From Frankiales bacterium (lineage in GTDB: Bacteria; Actinomycetota; Actinomycetes; Mycobacteriales; SCTD01), in contig JAOPWV010000077.1 in assembly GCA_025965475.1 (NCBI GenBank), positions 4,313-68,312 of the forward strand: 64,000 nucleotides of DNA. The letters are read 5' to 3'. The stretch's first letter is position 1, and every line of letters begins with the position of its first letter. Both the position numbers and the translations under genes were made by a program. Below are positions 1 through 10,256 of the stretch, piece after piece. The notes under the pieces were generated by a model. That model had not been told where the DNA came from. It saw only the letters and a list, made by a program, of their open reading frames with translations, and ran no database searches.

Positions 1-516
1 GGGCTGCACCCGGTCAACCTCGGCCGGCTGGCGCTCGGCATGCCGGGCCCGGTGCCGTGCACGCCGGCGGGCATCGAGGCGCTGCTGGCGCACCACGGGA
101 TCTCGATCGCCGGCCGGGAGGTCTGCATCCTCGGGCGCGGTACGACGCTGGGCCGGCCGCTCGCGCTGCTGCTCACGCAGAAGCGGCCGACCGCGAACGC
201 CGCCGTGACCGTCGTGCACACCGGCGTCCCGAACTGGGGCGACTACACCCGCCGGGCCGAGATCGTCGTCGCGGCCGCCGGGGTGCCGGGGATCCTGCAG
301 CCCGAGCACGTCACGCCGGGTGCGGTCGTCGTGGGCGGCGGCGTCCGGTACGAGGGGCGCCGGCTGCTGCCGGACGTCGACGAGTCGGTGGCGGAGGTGG
401 CCGGGGCCATCACGCCGCGGGTCGGCGGGGTCGGCCCGACCACCGTGGCGATGTTGCTCCGCAACTGCGTCGAGGCCGCCGAACGCCGCCACGCTCCCGC
501 CCCCACTCCCGCGTGA
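1..516 (+). CDS. folD: Bifunctional methylenetetrahydrofolate dehydrogenase/cyclohydrolase FolD, C-terminal part (5' end outside window)
   Basis: Frame 1 is open from base 1 to TGA at 514-516. The translation GLHPVNLGRLALGMPGPVPCTPAGI...ILGRGTTLGRPLALLL...PRVGGVGPTTVAMLL matches conserved FolD motifs. Confidence 0.9.
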   Translation, partial: GLHPVNLGRLALGMPGPVPCTPAGIEALLAHHGISIAGREVCILGRGTTLGRPLALLLTQKRPTANAAVTVVHTGVPNWGDYTRRAEIVVAAAGVPGILQPEHVTPGAVVVGGGVRYEGRRLLPDVDESVAEVAGAITPRVGGVGPTTVAMLLRNCVEAAERRHAPAPTPA

Positions 517-563
517 TCATGGGATTGCTGGGCCCCTCGGCCTAGCAATCCCATGATCACGCG
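510..563. terminator. Bidirectional hairpin between convergent folD and FHA-LuxR genes
   Basis: Perfect 20-bp inverted repeat cgcgtgatcatgggattgct (510-529) / agcaatcccatgatcacgcg (544-563) with a 14-nt loop. The left arm contains the folD stop codon. No U-tract, as is common in high-GC actinobacteria. Confidence 0.55.
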
Positions 564-575
564 TGAAGAGGGCGG

Positions 576-1190
576 TCAGCCGGCGCGGCGGACGTCGGCG
601 TCGCCGTCGGTCGGCAGCGGACGGACCACGCCGGCGCTGATGACCTCGTTGGCGAGCCGGGCCCGGCGGTTGATCCCCTCGGCGATCCGGAACTTCTGGT
701 AGAGGCGCAGCAGGTGCTGCTTCACGGCCGCCTCCGTGACCACGAGCTCCTCGGCGATGTCGCGGGCCGTGGCAGGCGCGACGAAGGCGTCCTGCTGGAG
801 CGCGGGGCGGCAGAGCGCGGTCAGGACCTCGAGCTCGCGCCGGGTCAGGTCGGGCGCGGAGATGCGCCGCAGCTCAACGGTGTCGTCCGAGTCGGGCTGG
901 GCGAGGATGCCGCCGACCCGCGTCCGGGCCATGCCGAACGACAGCACGTCCCCGTCAGCGAGGACGCGCCGGCCGATGGGCCGGCCGTTGACGCGCGTGC
1001 CGTTGATCGACAACCCCAGGTCGGACACGTACACGTGATCGCCGCGGCGGATGATCTCCGCGTGCAGGCGCGAGACGCTCGGGTCCTCGAGGGCGATGTC
1101 CACTCCTGCGCCACGACCGACGGTCGTCAGGTCACCGGCCAGCGGGAACACTTGACCGGTGTCCTCGAGGCGGAGATGGGGCGTGTCCAC
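576..1190 (-). CDS. FHA domain / LuxR-type HTH fusion transcriptional regulator
   Basis: 204 aa. N-terminal FHA signature (TTVGRGAGVDIALEDPSVSRLHAEI...VYVSDLGLSINGTRVNG). C-terminal LuxR/GerE HTH (LTRRELEVLTAL...TARDIAEELVVTEAAVKQHLLRLYQKF). Confidence 0.85.
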   Translation of the reverse strand: MDTPHLRLEDTGQVFPLAGDLTTVGRGAGVDIALEDPSVSRLHAEIIRRGDHVYVSDLGLSINGTRVNGRPIGRRVLADGDVLSFGMARTRVGGILAQPDSDDTVELRRISAPDLTRRELEVLTALCRPALQQDAFVAPATARDIAEELVVTEAAVKQHLLRLYQKFRIAEGINRRARLANEVISAGVVRPLPTDGDADVRRAG

Positions 1191-1216
1191 GGGGCCTCCT
1201 CCTCGGCGTCGGGGGG

Positions 1217-1232
1217 TGTGCGACGGGTCACA
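1217..1232. promoter_or_regulatory. Candidate CRP/GlxR-type operator (TGTGC-N6-TCACA)
   Basis: tgtgcgacgggtcaca matches 9 of 10 half-site positions of TGTGA-N6-TCACA. It lies in the divergent region between the FHA-LuxR gene (start 1190, minus) and the DUF3017/mdh genes (start 1341, plus). Confidence 0.35.
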
Positions 1233-1340
1233 GGCGCTGGGGTCACAACGGCCTGTCCTCCCCGTCGTTCCCCCGTGGCCTGTGCATCACACCCGGGCTA
1301 GGGTCGGGACCGTGAGTGACCCAGCGGGGCCGGCAGTGAC

Positions 1341-1601
1341 GTGCCGGCGGTGAAGGAGCTGCCGACCCTCGCCGTACTGGTCGTGGTGGCGATCGGCTTG
1401 GCGGTCGTGGTGTTCATCGACTGGCAGCCCGGGGCCTTCGTGATCGGCTTGGCGCTGCTGCTCGCGGCCGGCCTCCGCCTGACGCTGCGGGAGCGGCAGG
1501 CCGGCTTCCTCGTCGTACGCAGCCGGGGCTTCGACGCCGCCGTCCTGCTGGTCCTCGGCTTCGTGCTCATCGCGCTGGCCAACACCATCCCGCGGGCCTG
1601 A
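1341..1601 (+). CDS. Small integral membrane protein (DUF3017-like)
   Basis: 86 aa with a GTG start and three hydrophobic segments. Its position between folD and mdh is the usual place for this family in actinobacteria. Confidence 0.7.
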   Translation: MPAVKELPTLAVLVVVAIGLAVVVFIDWQPGAFVIGLALLLAAGLRLTLRERQAGFLVVRSRGFDAAVLLVLGFVLIALANTIPRA

Positions 1602-1658
1602 CCCGCGCGCCCCGCCCGCCACCGGGCGGACCGGGTGCCTCTCGTAGGCTGGCGCTGA

Positions 1659-2687
<1,029 letters not shown>

Positions 2688-2722
2688 CGTCCCGTCCAGA
2701 CCACCACGAGGAGTCCCGCCGC

Positions 2723-3940
2723 ATGGCGAAGATCAAGGTTGCAAACCCCATCGTCGAGATGGACGGCGACGAGATGACCCGGATCATCTGGTCCTTCATC
2801 AAGGACAAGCTGATCCTGCCGTACCTCGACGTCGATCTGAAGTACTACGACCTGTCGATCGAGAACCGCGACGCGACCGACGACCAGGTCACCGTGGATT
2901 CGGCCGAGGCCACCAAGAAGTTCGGCGTCGCCGTGAAGTGCGCGACCATCACTCCGGACGAGGCCCGGGTCGAGGAGTTCGGCCTGAAGAAGATGTGGAA
3001 GTCGCCGAACGGCACGATCCGCAACATCCTCGGCGGTGTCATCTTCCGGGAGCCGATCGTCATCTCGAACGTCCCGCGGCTGGTTCCGGGCTGGACGAAG
3101 CCGATCATCATCGGGCGCCACGCCTTCGGGGACCAGTACCGCGCCACCGACATGGTCGTCCCCGGCAAGGGCCGGCTGACGCTGACCTTCACGCCGGAGG
3201 ACGGCTCGGCGCCGATCGAGCACAACGTGTTCGACTTCCCCGGCGGCGGCGTCGCGATGGCGATGTACAACCTCGACGACTCGATCCGCGACTTCGCGCG
3301 GGCCTCGATGCGTTACGGCCTCGACCGCGGCGTTCCGGTCTACCTCTCGACCAAGAACACGATCATGAAGGCCTACGACGGTCGCTTCAAGGACCTCTTC
3401 GCCGAGGTCTTCGAGAGCGAGTTCAAGGCCGAGTTCGAGGCCGCCGGCATCACCTACGAGCACCGCCTCATCGACGACATGGTGGCGTCCGCCATGAAGT
3501 GGGAGGGCGGCTACGTCTGGGCGTGCAAGAACTACGACGGCGACGTCCAGTCCGACACGGTGGCCCAGGGCTTCGGCTCGCTCGGCCTCATGACGTCGGT
3601 CCTCATGACGCCGGACGGCAGGACGGTCGAGGCCGAGGCGGCCCACGGCACGGTGACCCGCCACTACCGCGAGCACCAGAAGGGCAACAAGACCTCGACC
3701 AACCCGATCGCCTCGATCTTCGCCTGGACCCGCGGGCTCGACTACCGCGGCCGGATGGACGGCACCCCCGAGGTCTCGCAGTTCGCGCAGACCCTCGAGC
3801 GGGTCTGCGTGGAGACCGTCGAGAGCGGCAAGATGACCAAGGACCTGGCCCTGCTCATCAGCCGGGACGCCCCGTGGCTCACCACCGAGGAGTTCCTCGA
3901 CGCCATCGACGAGAACCTCCGGAAGGCCATGTCCTCCTGA
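2723..3940 (+). CDS. icd: NADP-dependent isocitrate dehydrogenase (eukaryote-like homodimeric type)
   Basis: 405 aa. [23 protein letters not shown]...[15 protein letters not shown]...[14 protein letters not shown] is a near-textbook IDH1/2-type sequence. Confidence 0.95.
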   Translation: MAKIKVANPIVEMDGDEMTRIIWSFIKDKLILPYLDVDLKYYDLSIENRDATDDQVTVDSAEATKKFGVAVKCATITPDEARVEEFGLKKMWKSPNGTIRNILGGVIFREPIVISNVPRLVPGWTKPIIIGRHAFGDQYRATDMVVPGKGRLTLTFTPEDGSAPIEHNVFDFPGGGVAMAMYNLDDSIRDFARASMRYGLDRGVPVYLSTKNTIMKAYDGRFKDLFAEVFESEFKAEFEAAGITYEHRLIDDMVASAMKWEGGYVWACKNYDGDVQSDTVAQGFGSLGLMTSVLMTPDGRTVEAEAAHGTVTRHYREHQKGNKTSTNPIASIFAWTRGLDYRGRMDGTPEVSQFAQTLERVCVETVESGKMTKDLALLISRDAPWLTTEEFLDAIDENLRKAMSS

Positions 3941-3967
3941 GGTCAGCCTGAGCTATCCGTCCGTCGT

Positions 3968-3999
3968 ACGAAGGCCGCGCCGCCCGGCGCGGCCTTCGT
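3968..3999 (+). terminator. GC-rich stem-loop downstream of icd
   Basis: acgaaggccgcgcc / ggcgcggccttcgt form a 14-bp perfect stem with a 4-nt loop, 28 nt after the icd stop. Confidence 0.55.
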
Positions 4000-4120
4000 G
4001 CCGTCCGGGGCCGGTCACCGCGCGCTCCCCACCGCCCGGAACCGCCCGTTTTCGCCGCACGCTGCACGCGGCACTACGCTGCATTGCCGTGGAGCCTCCG
4101 AGTACCAGCGTCCCTGCGTC

Positions 4121-5452
4121 ATGACCGACATCCTGGTCAGCTCAGGGATCATCGTCCTGCTCATCATGTTCGGGGCCATCTTCGTGGCCAGCGAGATCGC
4201 CCTCGTCTCCCTGCGCGAGAGCCAGGTCAAGGGCCTCGCCGAGCAGGGGAAGCGGGGCCGGCGGGTCGCCGGGCTGGCGTCCTCGCCGAACCGCTTCCTC
4301 GCCACCGTGCAGCTCGTCGTGACCGCGGCGGGGTTCCTCTCCGCGGCCTTCGGTGAGGCCCGGCTGTCCAGTCACCTGGCACCCGCCCTGGAACGCGCTG
4401 GCCTGTCGCACGGCCTCGCGGACGTCGTCTCGCTGATCATCATCACGCTGATCATCAGCTACTTCGCCATCGTTGCCGGTGAGCTGGTTCCCAAGCGGCT
4501 GGCCCTGCAGCGGGCCGAGAAGACCGCCCTGCTGCTCGCGCCGATCGTCGACCGGGTGGCCCGCATCAGCCGGCCCGCGATCTGGCTGCTGTCCAGGAGC
4601 ACCGACGTGCTCGTCCGCCTGTTCGGCGGTGACCCCGGCGCACAGCGCGAGGCCATCACCGAGGAGGAGCTGCGCGGCCTGGTCGCCTCGCACGAGTCGC
4701 TCAGCAAGGACGAGCGCAAGCTCATCGACGAGGTCTTCGCGGCCGGCGAGCGCCAGCTGCGTGAGGTGATGATCCCGCGCACCGAGGTCGCCTTCCTCGA
4801 GGCGTCGATGCCGGTGGCCCGGGCGCAGAAGCTCACCGCCGACGCGCCGCACTCCCGCTACCCGGTGACGCGGGACTCCCAGGACGACGTGATCGGCTTC
4901 CTGCACGTCCGCGACCTGATGATGCCCGTCGCCAGGGCCCGGACCACGAAGGTCGCCGACATCACCCGCGACGTGAAGCTGCTCCCGGGCACCAAGAGGG
5001 TCCTGCCGGCGATGTCGGAGATGCGCCGTGAGGGCCACCACCTCGCGATCGTCATCGACGAGTACGGCGGCACCGCGGGCATCGTCACGCTCGAAGACCT
5101 CATCGAGGAGGTCATCGGCGACATCCGCGACGAGTACGACGTGGACAGCAGCGACCCGCTGCGCGTCGCAGGCGAGAACATCGAGGCGGACGGCATGCTC
5201 AACCTCGACGAGGTCTACGAGCAGACCGGGGTCCGGCTGCCCGAGGGGCCCTACGAGACGCTCGCCGGCTACGTCATGGCGGCGCTCGGCCACCTGCCGC
5301 GTCCCGGCGAGGCGGTCGAGGCGGACGGCCACCGGCTCACCGTGACCGAGTTGGACGGACGCCGCGTCTCCCGGGTGCGCGTCGACCCGGTGGTCTCCGA
5401 CGAGGATCTCGACAAGCACCTCGACCAGCTCGACAAGCAGGAGGTCTCGTGA
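4121..5452 (+). CDS. Hemolysin-family / CNNM (DUF21)-CBS-CorC_HlyC membrane protein, putative divalent-cation efflux
   Basis: The ORF track starts at 3998. I prefer the ATG at 4121 (MTDILVSSGIIVLLIMFGAIFVASEIALVS, a typical DUF21 N-terminus). The CBS pair and CorC C-terminal domain follow. Confidence 0.85.
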   Translation: MTDILVSSGIIVLLIMFGAIFVASEIALVSLRESQVKGLAEQGKRGRRVAGLASSPNRFLATVQLVVTAAGFLSAAFGEARLSSHLAPALERAGLSHGLADVVSLIIITLIISYFAIVAGELVPKRLALQRAEKTALLLAPIVDRVARISRPAIWLLSRSTDVLVRLFGGDPGAQREAITEEELRGLVASHESLSKDERKLIDEVFAAGERQLREVMIPRTEVAFLEASMPVARAQKLTADAPHSRYPVTRDSQDDVIGFLHVRDLMMPVARARTTKVADITRDVKLLPGTKRVLPAMSEMRREGHHLAIVIDEYGGTAGIVTLEDLIEEVIGDIRDEYDVDSSDPLRVAGENIEADGMLNLDEVYEQTGVRLPEGPYETLAGYVMAALGHLPRPGEAVEADGHRLTVTELDGRRVSRVRVDPVVSDEDLDKHLDQLDKQEVS

Positions 5453-5946
5453 GCAAGGACCTGCAGGCGCGGGTGGACATCCCGGCGTCCGTCGCGGACG
5501 TCGTGGCGCTGCGCACCAGCGAACGCTGGGTCACGCTCAAGGCCGACCGGCTCGGTGACGGCAGTGTGCTCGTGAGCCGCGAGGAACGGCCCGACGGCGG
5601 CGTGGACCTGGCCGTCTCCCGGGAGCTCCCGGACGGTGTGCCGGGCTTCCTGGAGCGCTTCCTGCCCAAGGACGGCCGCGTCGTCCAGCACGAGTCCTGG
5701 GGGCCGGCCGACGGCGCCGGGATCGTTCGCGGTACCTGGTCGGTGGAGATCGACGGCGCGCCCGCGAAGATCGGCGGCACCGGTTCCCTCGAGCCCGCGG
5801 GCACCGGCAGCCTCCAGCTCGTGGAGGGCACCGTGAAGGTGTCCATCCCGCTCATCGGTGGCAAGGCGGAGTCGTTCCTCGTGGACGTCGTCCAGAAGCT
5901 GTTGGCCACCGAGGACGCCCTGCTGGCGGAGACGCTCGCAGGGTGA
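5449..5946 (+). CDS. DUF2505/SRPBCC-like protein of unknown function
   Basis: 165 aa. The GTG start overlaps the upstream stop (GTGA). Codon bias matches the neighbours. Confidence 0.65.
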   Translation: MSKDLQARVDIPASVADVVALRTSERWVTLKADRLGDGSVLVSREERPDGGVDLAVSRELPDGVPGFLERFLPKDGRVVQHESWGPADGAGIVRGTWSVEIDGAPAKIGGTGSLEPAGTGSLQLVEGTVKVSIPLIGGKAESFLVDVVQKLLATEDALLAETLAG

Positions 5947-6971
5947 GCGCCGCGGTGGTCGGAAGTGGCAGGATGGACGGCATGTCGCGCCCCCGTGTCC
6001 TGTCCGGGATCCAGCCGACGGGGAGCGGCAAGCACCTCGGCAACTACCTGGGCGCGGTCCGGCACTGGGCCGCCATGCAGGACGAGAACGAGTGCTTCTT
6101 CTTCCTTGCCGACCTGCACGCGCTGACGGTGACGCCGGAACCGGCCGAGCTGCGCACCCGGACCCGCGCCACGACCGCCGAGCTGCTCGCGATGGGCGTC
6201 GACCCCGCACGCAGCGCCCTGTTCGCCCAGAGTCACGTCCCGGAGCACGCCGAGCTGGCGTGGGTCCTGGGTTGCCTGACGGGCTTCGGCGAGGCCAGCC
6301 GGATGACGCAGTTCAAGGACAAGGGCGGCGGCAACGTCGGCCTGTTCACCTACCCGGTCCTGCAGGCGGCCGACATCCTGCTCTACCAGCCGCAGTCGGT
6401 GCCGGTCGGTGAGGACCAGCGCCAGCACCTCGAGCTCACCCGCGACCTCGCGCAGCGCTTCAACAGCCGCTACGGGCACACGTTCACCGTCCCGGCGCCG
6501 TACGTCCAGCGGGCCGCCGAGCGCATCAAGGACCTGGCCGACCCCGACGCGAAGATGAGCACCAGCCGCGGCGGGCCGGGCACCCTGTGGGTCGTCGACG
6601 AGCCGAAGGCCCTCACCAAGAAGATCAAGAGTGCGGTCACCGACACCGGCCGCGAGGTCGTCTACGACGTCGCCGCCAAGCCCGGCATCAGCAACCTGCT
6701 GACCATCCTCTCGGTCGCGACCGGCAAGGGCGTCGAGGAGCTCGAGGCGGCGTACGACGGCAAGGGCTACGGCGACTTCAAGGCCGATGTCGCGGAGGCC
6801 GTGGTCGAGCTGTTCGCGCCGATCCGGGAGCGGTACGCCGCGCTCATCGCCGACCCCGGCCACCTCGACGACGTCCTGGCCGACGGCGCGGCCCGCGCCC
6901 GGGAGGTCGCCGCGACCACGATGGCGACGGTCCGCGATCGGATCGGGCTGCTGCCCCCGCGGGCAGGCTGA
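5943..6971 (+). CDS. trpS: Tryptophan--tRNA ligase
   Basis: [21 protein letters not shown] (HIGH-like region) and a KMSTS motif. The GTG at 5943 overlaps the upstream stop. Alternative ATG starts lie at 5973 and 5982. Confidence 0.93.
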   Translation: MSAAVVGSGRMDGMSRPRVLSGIQPTGSGKHLGNYLGAVRHWAAMQDENECFFFLADLHALTVTPEPAELRTRTRATTAELLAMGVDPARSALFAQSHVPEHAELAWVLGCLTGFGEASRMTQFKDKGGGNVGLFTYPVLQAADILLYQPQSVPVGEDQRQHLELTRDLAQRFNSRYGHTFTVPAPYVQRAAERIKDLADPDAKMSTSRGGPGTLWVVDEPKALTKKIKSAVTDTGREVVYDVAAKPGISNLLTILSVATGKGVEELEAAYDGKGYGDFKADVAEAVVELFAPIRERYAALIADPGHLDDVLADGAARAREVAATTMATVRDRIGLLPPRAG

Positions 6972-7534
6972 TGCCGCGTCGCGACATCGGAGTGGCGATC
7001 GGGCTCCCCGAACCGATCCACTCCGAGCTTCAGGGCTGGCGTGAACGGCTGGGCGATCCGAACGCCTCGTCCATCCCGCCCCACGTGACGCTCCTGCCTC
7101 CTACGGGGCTGGATGACGAGGTGCTCCCGGACGTCGAGGAGTATCTGCGCGAGGTGGCCGCCAGCGAGCGGCCCTTCGAGATCCACCTGCGCGGGTCGTC
7201 GACCTTCCGGCCCGTCTCGCCGGTCGTCTTCGTCCCGCTCGCCGTCGGCATCAGCGCCTGCGAGCTGCTGGAGAGCAAGGTGCGCTCCGGCCCGCTGGCG
7301 CGGCCGCTGAACTTCCCGTACCACCCGCACGTCACCGTCGCGCACGACCTGGCGGAGCCGCAGCTGGACCGGGCGTTCCGCGAGCTGGCGACGTACGACG
7401 CCCGGTTCGAGGTCTGGGGCTTCACCATGTTCGAGCAGGGCCGGGACAAGGTGTGGCGCCCGCAGCGCGACTTCCCCTTCGGCAGGGGCGGACTCCCGGG
7501 CCCGGCGACACCGGGGGATGCCGCCGCGCTCTGA
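6971..7534 (+). CDS. 2H-phosphoesterase (LigT-like 2'-5' RNA ligase family) protein
   Basis: Two H-x-T motifs (PPHVTLLPP and HPHVTVAHD) in a 187-aa protein. The ATG overlaps the trpS stop. Confidence 0.8.
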   Translation: MPRRDIGVAIGLPEPIHSELQGWRERLGDPNASSIPPHVTLLPPTGLDDEVLPDVEEYLREVAASERPFEIHLRGSSTFRPVSPVVFVPLAVGISACELLESKVRSGPLARPLNFPYHPHVTVAHDLAEPQLDRAFRELATYDARFEVWGFTMFEQGRDKVWRPQRDFPFGRGGLPGPATPGDAAAL

Positions 7535-7550
7535 GGGGTAGGGCACGCGC

Positions 7551-8780
7551 GTGTCCCCGATCAGCCAGGCCAAGAACGCGTTCGCCACCGCCAGGAAGCG
7601 GTGGCCCCTCCTCGACCACGTGATCCGCATGTACGGTCGCTACCAGGCCGACGGCGGGGACCGGCTGGCGGCGGCGGTGACCTTCTACTGGTTCCTGTCG
7701 CTGTTCCCCATCCTGCTGCTCGCCATCTCGCTGCTCGGGTACGTGTACGGCGACACAGCGCCCGCACACGTCCAGAGCGCCCTGGGCGGCTACCTGCCCC
7801 CGCAGCTGGTCGAGACCATCGGGACGACGCTCCAGGACGCGAAGGGCAAGGCCGGCGTCATCGGCCTGGTCGGCCTGCTGCTGTCCGGGCTGGGCTGGAT
7901 CGACGGGCTGCGCGCCGCGATCCGCAGCGTCTGGCACCAGAACGTGCAGGCGGGCAATATCGTCACGCAGAAGCTCGCCGACATCGTCGCGCTCCTGGGG
8001 CTGTTCGCGACCGTCGGCGCGTCGGTGGCTGTCACCGGCGCCGCCACCGCGGCCACCGGCTGGGTGCTGCGCCTGCTGGGGCTGGCGGAGACGACGGCGG
8101 CCGGCGTCTTCACCCAGGTGCTGACCTACCTGCTCGCCGGCGTCGTCGACGTCGCGCTGTTCCTCTACCTGTTCACCCGTCTGCCGCGGGTCAAGACGCC
8201 GCTGCGCCGGGTCCTGCGTGCCGCCGTCTTCGGGGCGGTCGGCTTCGAGATCCTCAAGATCGCCGGCGCGTTCTACGTCGCGCGGACGACCACGAACGGG
8301 AAGGCGACGTACGGGACGTTCGCCGTCGTCGTCGGTCTGCTGCTCTTCCTGAACCTGGTGTCCCGCCTGATACTGCTGGCGGCGGCGTACGCCGTGACCG
8401 CCCCCGGCGACAGCGACGTCGCGCCGTCCGGGACGGCGGACAAGGAGCAGGCGCGCAAGGCCGGCATCCCGGAGGAGTACGCCGACAGCGACCCCGGCGA
8501 GCCGGCGGTGCTCTACGACGACGGGGCCCCCACGCCGCTGCGCGCCGCCGTCCAGGGCCGGACGCCGCCTCAGCACGAAGCGACGCAGGACGAAGCGACC
8601 GAGCGCGATCGGGATCCGGACGCGGAGCCCGTTCCCGAGCCGGCCCCGAGAACCGGGCCGAAGCCGGAACACGAGGCGTCGGTACGCAGCGCGGGACGAG
8701 CCGGGCTGGTCGCGATGGGCGCGGTCCTGGCTGGGGTCACGGTCTACGCGCTGCGCACCGTTCGGCAGCTGCGCCGCTGA
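7551..8780 (+). CDS. YihY/BrkB family membrane protein with long acidic C-terminal tail
   Basis: 409 aa. RLAAAVTFYWFLSLFPILLLAISLLG is typical of YihY. About 120 residues of Pro/Glu/Asp-rich tail and a terminal hydrophobic helix follow. Confidence 0.85.
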   Translation: MSPISQAKNAFATARKRWPLLDHVIRMYGRYQADGGDRLAAAVTFYWFLSLFPILLLAISLLGYVYGDTAPAHVQSALGGYLPPQLVETIGTTLQDAKGKAGVIGLVGLLLSGLGWIDGLRAAIRSVWHQNVQAGNIVTQKLADIVALLGLFATVGASVAVTGAATAATGWVLRLLGLAETTAAGVFTQVLTYLLAGVVDVALFLYLFTRLPRVKTPLRRVLRAAVFGAVGFEILKIAGAFYVARTTTNGKATYGTFAVVVGLLLFLNLVSRLILLAAAYAVTAPGDSDVAPSGTADKEQARKAGIPEEYADSDPGEPAVLYDDGAPTPLRAAVQGRTPPQHEATQDEATERDRDPDAEPVPEPAPRTGPKPEHEASVRSAGRAGLVAMGAVLAGVTVYALRTVRQLRR

Positions 8781-8787
8781 GCAGCCG

Positions 8788-9894
8788 CTAGAACCGCGGC
8801 AGGCCGATCCGGTGCGAACGCCGTGACCGGCGCGCGCGACGCCGGCGTACGACGGTGGCGGCGGCCGCCAGCAGACCCGCCGCGGCGACCGTGAGGGGGA
8901 GCGGTACGACGTCCTGCCGGTTGGTCGTGTGCGCGGCGGCCGGTTGGATCCGCGCGCGCTGAGCGGCCCCGTCCGCCTGCCGTGTGACGTCGACCGGATC
9001 CTGCAGCCGGCCGATCGGGGTGACGCCGGCCTTCTGTGCGGCGAAGCCCCAGTCGAGCAGTGCCACCAACTCCGGCCAGATCCTGGGCTGGGCGTGCATC
9101 TCGGTGACGATCAGGGTGTGCCCGCCGCGGGTGGCCGCCCCGATGTACGTCGCGCCGGCGGCGGCGGTGTAGCCGTTCTTGATGCCGATCGCGCCGTCGT
9201 AGTTCCACAGCAGCTTGTCGTGGGTCGCGATCGCCAGCGGCTTGCCCATCTTGCCGATGATCGAGGAGTTCTTGGTCTTCACGTAGTCCCGGAAGTCGGG
9301 CAGCTTCATCGCCGCCCGGCCGATCAGGGCCAGGTCGTACGCCGTGCTCAGCTGCCCGGGCGCGTCCAGGCCGCTCGGGTTGACCGCGTAGGTGTCGTCG
9401 GCCCGGACGCGGCGCGCCTCGTCGTTCATCAGCCGGGCGGCGGCGGCCTGGCCGCCGACGGCGCTGGCCAGGGTGTTGGCCGCGTCGTTGCCGGACGTCA
9501 TCAGCAGCGCCCGGAACAGCTGGTAGATCGGGTAGTTGACCTTCTCGACCAGGCCGACCCGGCTGCCGTCGACGTTGACGTCGTTGAACGTCGGTGCCGC
9601 CGTGGCGTACTTGTCCAGCCGCGGGATGAGCGCGAGCGACGTGAGCACCTTCAGCGTGCTGGCCGGCAGCAGCCGGTGGTGCGCATCCTTGGCGGCCAGG
9701 ATCTCGCCGGTGTCCATGTCGGCCACCAGCCAGGAGGTCCCGGTGAGCGTCGTCGGCAGCGGCGGGGCTCCCGCGGCGGCGACGGTCCCGGCCCCCGGAA
9801 CCGGGCGTTCGTCGGCTACGGCGGGGCCCGCACCGAGAGCCACGGTCAGCAGGGCAGCCGGAAGCAACGCCAGCAGGCGCGGGGGAGTCCGCAT
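8788..9894 (-). CDS. D-alanyl-D-alanine carboxypeptidase (S11 penicillin-binding protein)
   Basis: Taken from inside the merged 8788..10833 ORF. Start MRTPPRLLALLPAALL (signal peptide), then the SxxK motif PASTLKVLT, the SGN motif and the KNGYT (KTG-like) motif, with a C-terminal TM anchor. Confidence 0.9.
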   Translation of the reverse strand: MRTPPRLLALLPAALLTVALGAGPAVADERPVPGAGTVAAAGAPPLPTTLTGTSWLVADMDTGEILAAKDAHHRLLPASTLKVLTSLALIPRLDKYATAAPTFNDVNVDGSRVGLVEKVNYPIYQLFRALLMTSGNDAANTLASAVGGQAAAARLMNDEARRVRADDTYAVNPSGLDAPGQLSTAYDLALIGRAAMKLPDFRDYVKTKNSSIIGKMGKPLAIATHDKLLWNYDGAIGIKNGYTAAAGATYIGAATRGGHTLIVTEMHAQPRIWPELVALLDWGFAAQKAGVTPIGRLQDPVDVTRQADGAAQRARIQPAAAHTTNRQDVVPLPLTVAAAGLLAAAATVVRRRRARRSRRSHRIGLPRF

Positions 9895-9951
9895 GGTGAT
9901 CCGAACGTACCCGACAGGACGCCGTCGGGAGGTTAGGACAGACTGTCCGGT

Positions 9952-10176
9952 GTGGTGCTCACCCGCCGTACTGCGGCCTTCCTCCTCGCCGCCGGGATCT
10001 TCCAGTGGATCGTCTGGCCGACCTTCCTGAAGAACATCTGGGCCGACCCGCGCTCGTTCGACCACGGCCCGACCGGGTTCCTGATCGTGCACGCGGTCCT
10101 CACGGCCGCCTCGCTGGCGCTGGGGACGGCCCTGCTCGTGCTCGGCGCCCGCGGCCTGCGCCGCACCCGCCGGTAG
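9952..10176 (+). CDS. Small membrane protein (SCO4848-like)
   Basis: 74 aa with two TM segments and a GTG start. Conserved position beside the sdh operon in actinomycetes (recalled from memory). Confidence 0.6.
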   Translation: MVLTRRTAAFLLAAGIFQWIVWPTFLKNIWADPRSFDHGPTGFLIVHAVLTAASLALGTALLVLGARGLRRTRR

Positions 10177-10181
10177 AACGG

Positions 10182-10218
10182 CGAGAGGCCGCCGGCCCTC
10201 GCGGGCGGCGGCCTCTCG
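10182..10218. terminator. Bidirectional GC-rich hairpin between convergent genes
   Basis: cgagaggccgccg (10182-10194) pairs with cggcggcctctcg (10206-10218) in a 13-bp perfect stem. It sits between the small membrane gene and sdhB. Confidence 0.5.
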
Positions 10219-10256
10219 GCGGTGCAGGTGTCCTTCGGCGGTGCGGGTGACTGCCG

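Noticed and set aside
9936-9948. 13-bp palindrome ggacagactgtcc 4 nt upstream of the small membrane gene start, plus the nearby cccgac/gtcggg stem.
   Set aside because: It is short, and such dyads are expected by chance in a 57-bp GC-rich divergent region. There is no supporting context.
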